This document shows, piece by piece, positions 59,269 to 64,000 of a DNA stretch of 64,000 bases. The position numbers and the translations under genes were made by a program. Numbering within the stretch: position 1 is the first letter of the stretch; each line of letters starts with the position of its first letter. Under the pieces are notes generated by a model. That model did not search any database and was not told the DNA's origin. It saw only the letters and a program-made list of their open reading frames with translations. The stretch covers positions 3,187-67,186 of the forward strand of contig CALVRJ010000002.1 of NCBI GenBank assembly GCA_944358545.1, read 5' to 3'. Origin of the DNA: an uncultured Bacilli bacterium. GTDB lineage: Bacteria > Bacillota_I > Bacilli_A > RF39 > UBA660.

Positions 59269-60849
59269 ATGAAAAATAGAGTTAAAAATTTTAACAAATT
59301 ATTAAACACTTTAGTTAATAATTTACCATTTACAATCATCCCTGTGATTATTTACTTTCTATTACTAGGAGGAGTTTTAAGTTGTTCAAGCATCCTAAAC
59401 AGTTCATTTTTTAGTACATTTAGCGTTGTTTGTTTAATTTTAATTCCTAATAACTTTTTAATTGAAAGCTTAAATACCGATAAAACAACTAAAAAAGTAT
59501 CCTTATTTATATCCGTTGTTTTAGCTCTTACAATCGGTATTATGAGCAACTTTGGAAGTGAAATATTCCTAAGTAAACTACTTCATATATGTATAGGTTA
59601 TGCCTTAACATTATTCTTCATTAGTGTTTACTTAAATTACAAAAACAGCAACAATGAATTTGGTAATTATCTTTTAAAAACATTATCATCATTTATTAAA
59701 ATTACCATAAACTATTTTGCTTTAGCATTTGGAGTATTATTTATTACTTTAGCATTTAATTATTTAATATTAAATGACATTGACTTTTTAAGTGTATTAA
59801 GTTTGCAAACTATTGTCTTTGGTTGTTACTACTTACCTAGTTTAATATATCGCTTATATAAACCAGAAAAAGAAGCAGAAGATTTCTTTAAAACATTAAT
59901 AAGTTATATTTTAATACCTATAGTGGCAATAATATTTATAATTGTATACTTATATATATTAAAGTTACTAATTACATTAAATTTACCAGGAAATCAAGTA
60001 TTTGAATTAATTACAATATTCTTCTTAATTGCAATGCCTGTATGGACAATGAGTAAACATTTAAAATTAAATAAAACTGAAAGCAAACTTGCATTTTATT
60101 TTCCATACTTATTTGTTCCTTTAATTTTCATCCAAATATATTGCTTAAGTATTAGAGTTGTAAATTATGGTTTAACAACTGCTCGCTATTTATGTATAGC
60201 CTTTGTCTTACTTGAAATTATATATTACATTTTATATTTCACAGATTCAAAAAAATGTGGACAAATATTATTGTTTATGGCAGGATTTGCTTTTGTAACC
60301 TATAGTATTCCATACATTAATATGTATGACTTATCTAATCAAAATCAATACAACCGTTTAAATAAATACTTAGAAATAGAAAACCCATCAGATGATGAAC
60401 TTCAAGCTTTAAGTAGTTCATACTATTACTTATACTTTAATGTTGAAGGAAAAAATTATTTAAACGATATAAACATCAATAAGAGTTATATTGAAAGTAT
60501 TTCTAATACATATTACAGTGGCAATAATAATTATTATAATACTGATGAATTAGAACTTAATTTTGATGTTAAGGATTACACAAATGCCAGAATAGTTAAC
60601 GGTAACATCGAAAACAATAATGTAAATATCCTACAAGATAACCAAACAATATTAACATTCACAAACACAGAAAGTTTTTACCAATACATAAGTAACAGAG
60701 AAAATTTACAAAATTATTTAACAAAAAATAACAAAATAGAAATTAACAACAATAACACACTAATACTCACAAAGTTAGAATTCACATACAATGACAACAC
60801 AGAAGAAGTAAATAATTTTACGTTCCAAGGTATATTATTAACAAAATAA
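59269..60849 (+). CDS. Polytopic membrane protein with Asn-rich C-terminal extracellular domain (526 aa)
   Basis: ~10 TM helices, then a low-complexity N/Y-rich tail; RBS AAGGAGG upstream. Confidence 0.45.
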   Translation: MKNRVKNFNKLLNTLVNNLPFTIIPVIIYFLLLGGVLSCSSILNSSFFSTFSVVCLILIPNNFLIESLNTDKTTKKVSLFISVVLALTIGIMSNFGSEIFLSKLLHICIGYALTLFFISVYLNYKNSNNEFGNYLLKTLSSFIKITINYFALAFGVLFITLAFNYLILNDIDFLSVLSLQTIVFGCYYLPSLIYRLYKPEKEAEDFFKTLISYILIPIVAIIFIIVYLYILKLLITLNLPGNQVFELITIFFLIAMPVWTMSKHLKLNKTESKLAFYFPYLFVPLIFIQIYCLSIRVVNYGLTTARYLCIAFVLLEIIYYILYFTDSKKCGQILLFMAGFAFVTYSIPYINMYDLSNQNQYNRLNKYLEIENPSDDELQALSSSYYYLYFNVEGKNYLNDININKSYIESISNTYYSGNNNYYNTDELELNFDVKDYTNARIVNGNIENNNVNILQDNQTILTFTNTESFYQYISNRENLQNYLTKNNKIEINNNNTLILTKLEFTYNDNTEEVNNFTFQGILLTK

Positions 60850-60863
60850 AAAACTAAATTAAA

Positions 60864-60911
60864 AATCAAGGGAAAACAAAATGAGTTATGAACGGAACCC
60901 TTGATTTTTTT
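60864..60911 (+). terminator. Rho-independent terminator of the 59269..60849 gene
   Basis: AATCAAGGG / CCCTTGATT 9-bp stem with T7. Confidence 0.55.
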
Positions 60912-60989
60912 CAATATCAAGTAATAGAAGGTCAGTAAAAACCTTCTTTTATTGTGCTTTAATAGGATTAAGTAATCCCTTTATAAGCA

Positions 60990-61330
60990 TAACTCTAGCT
61001 TATAATTAAATTTTCTATAACCACAAACACAATGTTTAATCTGTTTGATTAAATTATTCATATCTTCTGTAATACCGCTTAAAATATTCATAATCAAAAG
61101 CATTAATAATATACCTTTCCATATTTCTGAAAGTTCTTAAAGACTTGAAGATATATTATCTGAATGATGATAAATAATATTTAAAAACTTCTTTTTATCA
61201 CAAGTATCTATAGATTTTAAAATGCCTTGGTAAATTTGATAAGTTTCATAGAATTGTTTATCGGTATTAATTAAATAAGTGACAATTTGAGTTTAAGAAT
61301 TTTCTTTTCTAAAATCAGTTAAATAATAAT
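60990..61330 (-). pseudogene. Degenerate ISL3-family transposase C-terminal remnant
   Basis: Minus-strand frames, broken by stops and frameshifts, encode ...SGITEDMNNLIKQIKHCVCGYRKFNYKL..., matching the ISL3 C-terminal motif NGPIEGINNKIKVIKRTAYGYRNFENFR. Confidence 0.35.
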
Positions 61331-61448
61331 TAAATTTTTCCTCCATATATGCTAAAAAAAACACCTCCTATCGGAAGTGTATTACAATATTTTCTTGAAC
61401 ATTTTTTATTAATGATACTTCATGAAGTAAAACCAAAACATTGATATC

Positions 61449-63368
61449 TTATTCTTTATCAATTGTAAACGTAACTTGATATTTATTGCCTAAATCAAGC
61501 TCGTCTAAATTAATTTTATAACCACATTGTCCAATCTGATTTGCACAGTCTCTAATTAATTTAACAACTTGAATAAAAGGTTGATTAGTCTGTGGACCAG
61601 GTGCAGCTTTAACAGGTGTCGGAATTGAACTAGCCATAGTTTCCGAACCAGCTATATCATTAGTTTCTTGGTAAATATCTGTATTTGGAATACTATCTAC
61701 ATATGATATACTATCAGTATTATTAACTTGTTGCGTGAAACTTGGCTGTACATTATTCACATTTGGTACCATATTAACTGGTTCTGCTTGAACCTCGTTT
61801 ACTGGTTGTGCAGTAAAGTTTGGCTGTACATTATTCACATTTGGTACTGTATTAACTGGGTCTGCTTGAACCTCGTTTACTGATTGTGCAGTAAAGTTTG
61901 GTTGTACATTATTCACATTTAGTGCCATATTAACTGGCTCTGCTTGAACCTCGTTTACTGATTGTGCAGTAAAGTTTGGCTGTACATTATTCACATTTGG
62001 TACCATATTAACCGGTTCTGCTTGAACCTCGTTTACTGATTGTGCAGTAAAGTTTGGCTGTACATTACTCATATTTGGTACCATATTAACCGGCTCTACT
62101 TGAACCTCGTTTACTGGTTGTACAGTAAAGCTTGGCTGTGAGTTACTCATATTTGGTACCATATTAACCGGCTCTGCTTGAACCTCGTTTACTGGTTGTG
62201 CAGTAAAACTTGGCTGTACATTATTCACATTTGGTACTGTATTAACTGGCTCTGATGAAGTATTACTTACTGATGAAATATTATTTGAATTACCTTCGGC
62301 AAAACCATTAGGCTGATTAAATCTTTTAAGTGCATCTGCCACTGCTATTCCAATTCCATTTGAACTTTGCGTTTGAGTTGAGGCTTGTTGTTCTGACTCA
62401 CTTGGAGTAGAAACACTTTGAATATTCGGCTCCTTTTTAAACATACTATCAAATGTTACACCTGCATTAACTGGAGTGGGTGTAGGTGTTGTTGAAGCAT
62501 TTTCAGGAATTTTAGAAAAATTAACAAACTTCCCATCTTCTCTTACTGGTTCAGGTGTAGGCTCCGGTGAAGTAATAATAGGAGACACTGGTGTATTCGC
62601 ATCTTGTTTCATTAACTGTGAAATATCCTTATGTTCCTCAGCTGGCGCATTAATATCTTGCGCCTCCCTCATAATTTTATCTATATCCATCATATTATTA
62701 CCCCTTTCATCATCAAACAAACTTTCAATATTATTATTGTCTGTTTGAACCTGATTATTCTTTTCTTCTTTTAATTTAACAATTTCATTATCTGTTTGTT
62801 TAACAGTAAGCCTTTCATCTATAATCCGATGCAACATCTTAACCTGATCGGCTTTATTATTAAGACGAAGTAAAGAACGAGCATGTCTTTCCGAAATCTT
62901 ATTTTCTAAAAGTGCTTCTTGAACTTCATCATCTAAATTTAAAAGTCTTACCTTATTCGCAATAGTCGACTGAGATTTTCCAAGCTTTTTCGCAAGCTCT
63001 TCTTGTGTTATATATCCCATATCCAAAATTCTTTTATATGAAACAGCCTCTTCAATCGGACTAAGCTGTTGTCTTTGAACGTTTTCTAGTAAAGCAATCT
63101 CTTCACTATCACGATCAGATAAATTTACAATAACCGCAGGGATAGTCGTGCGTCCAGCCATCACACTTGCCTTATAACGTCTCTCACCAGCAATAATTTC
63201 ATATTTTCCATTAATCGGTCTTACAACAATTGGCTGAATAACCCCATATTTACGAATAGATTCTGAAAGTTCTTCAAGCTTATCCTCATCAAACTTAAGA
63301 CGAGGTTGAAACCTATTTGGAAAAATATCATCAATATTAATTACCGCTAGTTTTCCAGATTCGTACAC
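61449..63368 (-). CDS. ParB/Noc-like N-terminal domain protein with long internal repeat region
   Basis: ParB box IAGERRYKA near the N-terminus; HTH region; 26-aa x ~6.5 tandem repeats; conserved C-terminal ~50 aa. rsmG-adjacent, as noc/spo0J would be. Confidence 0.6.
   Translation of the reverse strand: MYESGKLAVINIDDIFPNRFQPRLKFDEDKLEELSESIRKYGVIQPIVVRPINGKYEIIAGERRYKASVMAGRTTIPAVIVNLSDRDSEEIALLENVQRQQLSPIEEAVSYKRILDMGYITQEELAKKLGKSQSTIANKVRLLNLDDEVQEALLENKISERHARSLLRLNNKADQVKMLHRIIDERLTVKQTDNEIVKLKEEKNNQVQTDNNNIESLFDDERGNNMMDIDKIMREAQDINAPAEEHKDISQLMKQDANTPVSPIITSPEPTPEPVREDGKFVNFSKIPENASTTPTPTPVNAGVTFDSMFKKEPNIQSVSTPSESEQQASTQTQSSNGIGIAVADALKRFNQPNGFAEGNSNNISSVSNTSSEPVNTVPNVNNVQPSFTAQPVNEVQAEPVNMVPNMSNSQPSFTVQPVNEVQVEPVNMVPNMSNVQPNFTAQSVNEVQAEPVNMVPNVNNVQPNFTAQSVNEVQAEPVNMALNVNNVQPNFTAQSVNEVQADPVNTVPNVNNVQPNFTAQPVNEVQAEPVNMVPNVNNVQPSFTQQVNNTDSISYVDSIPNTDIYQETNDIAGSETMASSIPTPVKAAPGPQTNQPFIQVVKLIRDCANQIGQCGYKINLDELDLGNKYQVTFTIDKE
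61735..62255. repeat. 78-bp tandem repeat, ~6.5 near-identical copies, in-frame within the ParB-like gene
   Basis: Unit ggctgtacattattcacatttggtaccatattaactggttctgcttgaacctcgtttactggttgtgcagtaaagttt read repeatedly with point variants. Confidence 0.8.
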
Positions 63369-63483
63369 AAACTACCCCTCCCTTCCTTATTCTTCTAATA
63401 TCATAATACTATGAATTAGAAAATAATTCAACCAAAAATAAATTATTTAATTTTTTTAGTAAACAAATTTACATAAAAAAAGC

Positions 63484-64000
63484 CTATAACGGCTTCTTTT
63501 TCATATCGGAATATTTTCGAGGATATTTTAAGCTTATGTCTCCTACTCTTTTTATTAAAACTAAATTTCTTATTCCAGCTTCCTTTGGAAGTTCAAAACA
63601 AATAACCTTTTCTAACTTAGAACTTAAAACATCTAAAACTCTATTACTAACTGAAATATCATCTTGTCCCTTCATCGCCACAAAAAACTTATTAATTTTA
63701 ACCATTGGCATACTATACTCCATTAAAATAGAAAGTTTTGCGACCGCCCTAGCTGTAACTAAATCAAACATCTCTCTGTTATCTTTTGCATAATCTTCTG
63801 CTCTAGCATGAACTAAATTAACATCGTTAAGTCCAAGCTCAAAAACAACTTCCTTTAGAAAATTAATTCTTTTATTTAAAGCATCAACTAAAGTAAGCTT
63901 AATATTAGGATAAAATATTTTTATAACAATTCCAGGAAAACCAGCACCCGTCCCAATATCACACATACTTTCAATTTTTGCAAAATCAATCGCTTTAACT
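63484..64000 (-). CDS. rsmG: 16S rRNA m7G527 methyltransferase RsmG (GidB); 3' portion, N-terminus beyond window end
   Basis: SAM motif DIGTGAGFPGI; frame open to the window edge. Confidence 0.7.
   Translation of the reverse strand, partial: VKAIDFAKIESMCDIGTGAGFPGIVIKIFYPNIKLTLVDALNKRINFLKEVVFELGLNDVNLVHARAEDYAKDNREMFDLVTARAVAKLSILMEYSMPMVKINKFFVAMKGQDDISVSNRVLDVLSSKLEKVICFELPKEAGIRNLVLIKRVGDISLKYPRKYSDMKKKPL

Overview
This 64-kb window is low-GC (about 27-30%) Firmicutes-type DNA read with the standard genetic code; Erysipelotrichia or Clostridia is a guess from gene content. Nearly all genes lie on the minus strand.

The window has three parts.

(1) 1-15.8 kb is housekeeping, origin-proximal-style chromosome: two tandem DUF285/BspA-like LRR surface-protein paralogs, rlmH, a yycJ-like MBL hydrolase, an M23 peptidase, dnaB, rplI, a DHH phosphoesterase, an Rpn-family nuclease, whiA, yvcK, trxB, lgt and an intact uvrB.

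(2) About 15.84-44.02 kb is a roughly 28-kb integrative conjugative element, bounded by an exact 21-bp direct repeat. A diverged duplicate of the uvrB 5' end sits just outside the right repeat.
- Integration and maintenance: two tandem tyrosine recombinases, an Xis-like HTH protein, an orphan-looking MazF toxin, a sigma-70 region-4 regulator, SSB and ParA/ParB.
- A Lactococcin-972-type bacteriocin operon: precursor, large 7TM/FtsX-like membrane protein, ABC ATPase and a dedicated signal peptidase I, with a divergent XRE regulator.
- A Gram-positive type IV secretion module: CHAP hydrolase, VirB4, VirB6-like protein, type IV coupling protein.
- A mob operon in which an Abi/UG-like reverse transcriptase sits between mobC and the relaxase gene.
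- A DUF3991-Toprim primase.
- A sortase with a thioester-domain (TIE-like) adhesin.

(3) 44.4-64 kb is chromosome again.
- A C39-like peptidase, an amidase and cysK.
- A DUF1848 gene.
- A gltX-coupled radical-SAM/SPASM enzyme followed by a translationally coupled Cys/Asp-rich 55-aa peptide, a candidate RiPP.
- Assorted small-metabolism genes and an ISL3-transposase remnant.
- A ParB/Noc-like gene carrying a 78-bp x ~6.5 in-frame tandem repeat, and the 3' part of rsmG.

No rRNA, tRNA or CRISPR array was seen. Several plus-strand ORFs in the six-frame track are antisense artefacts.
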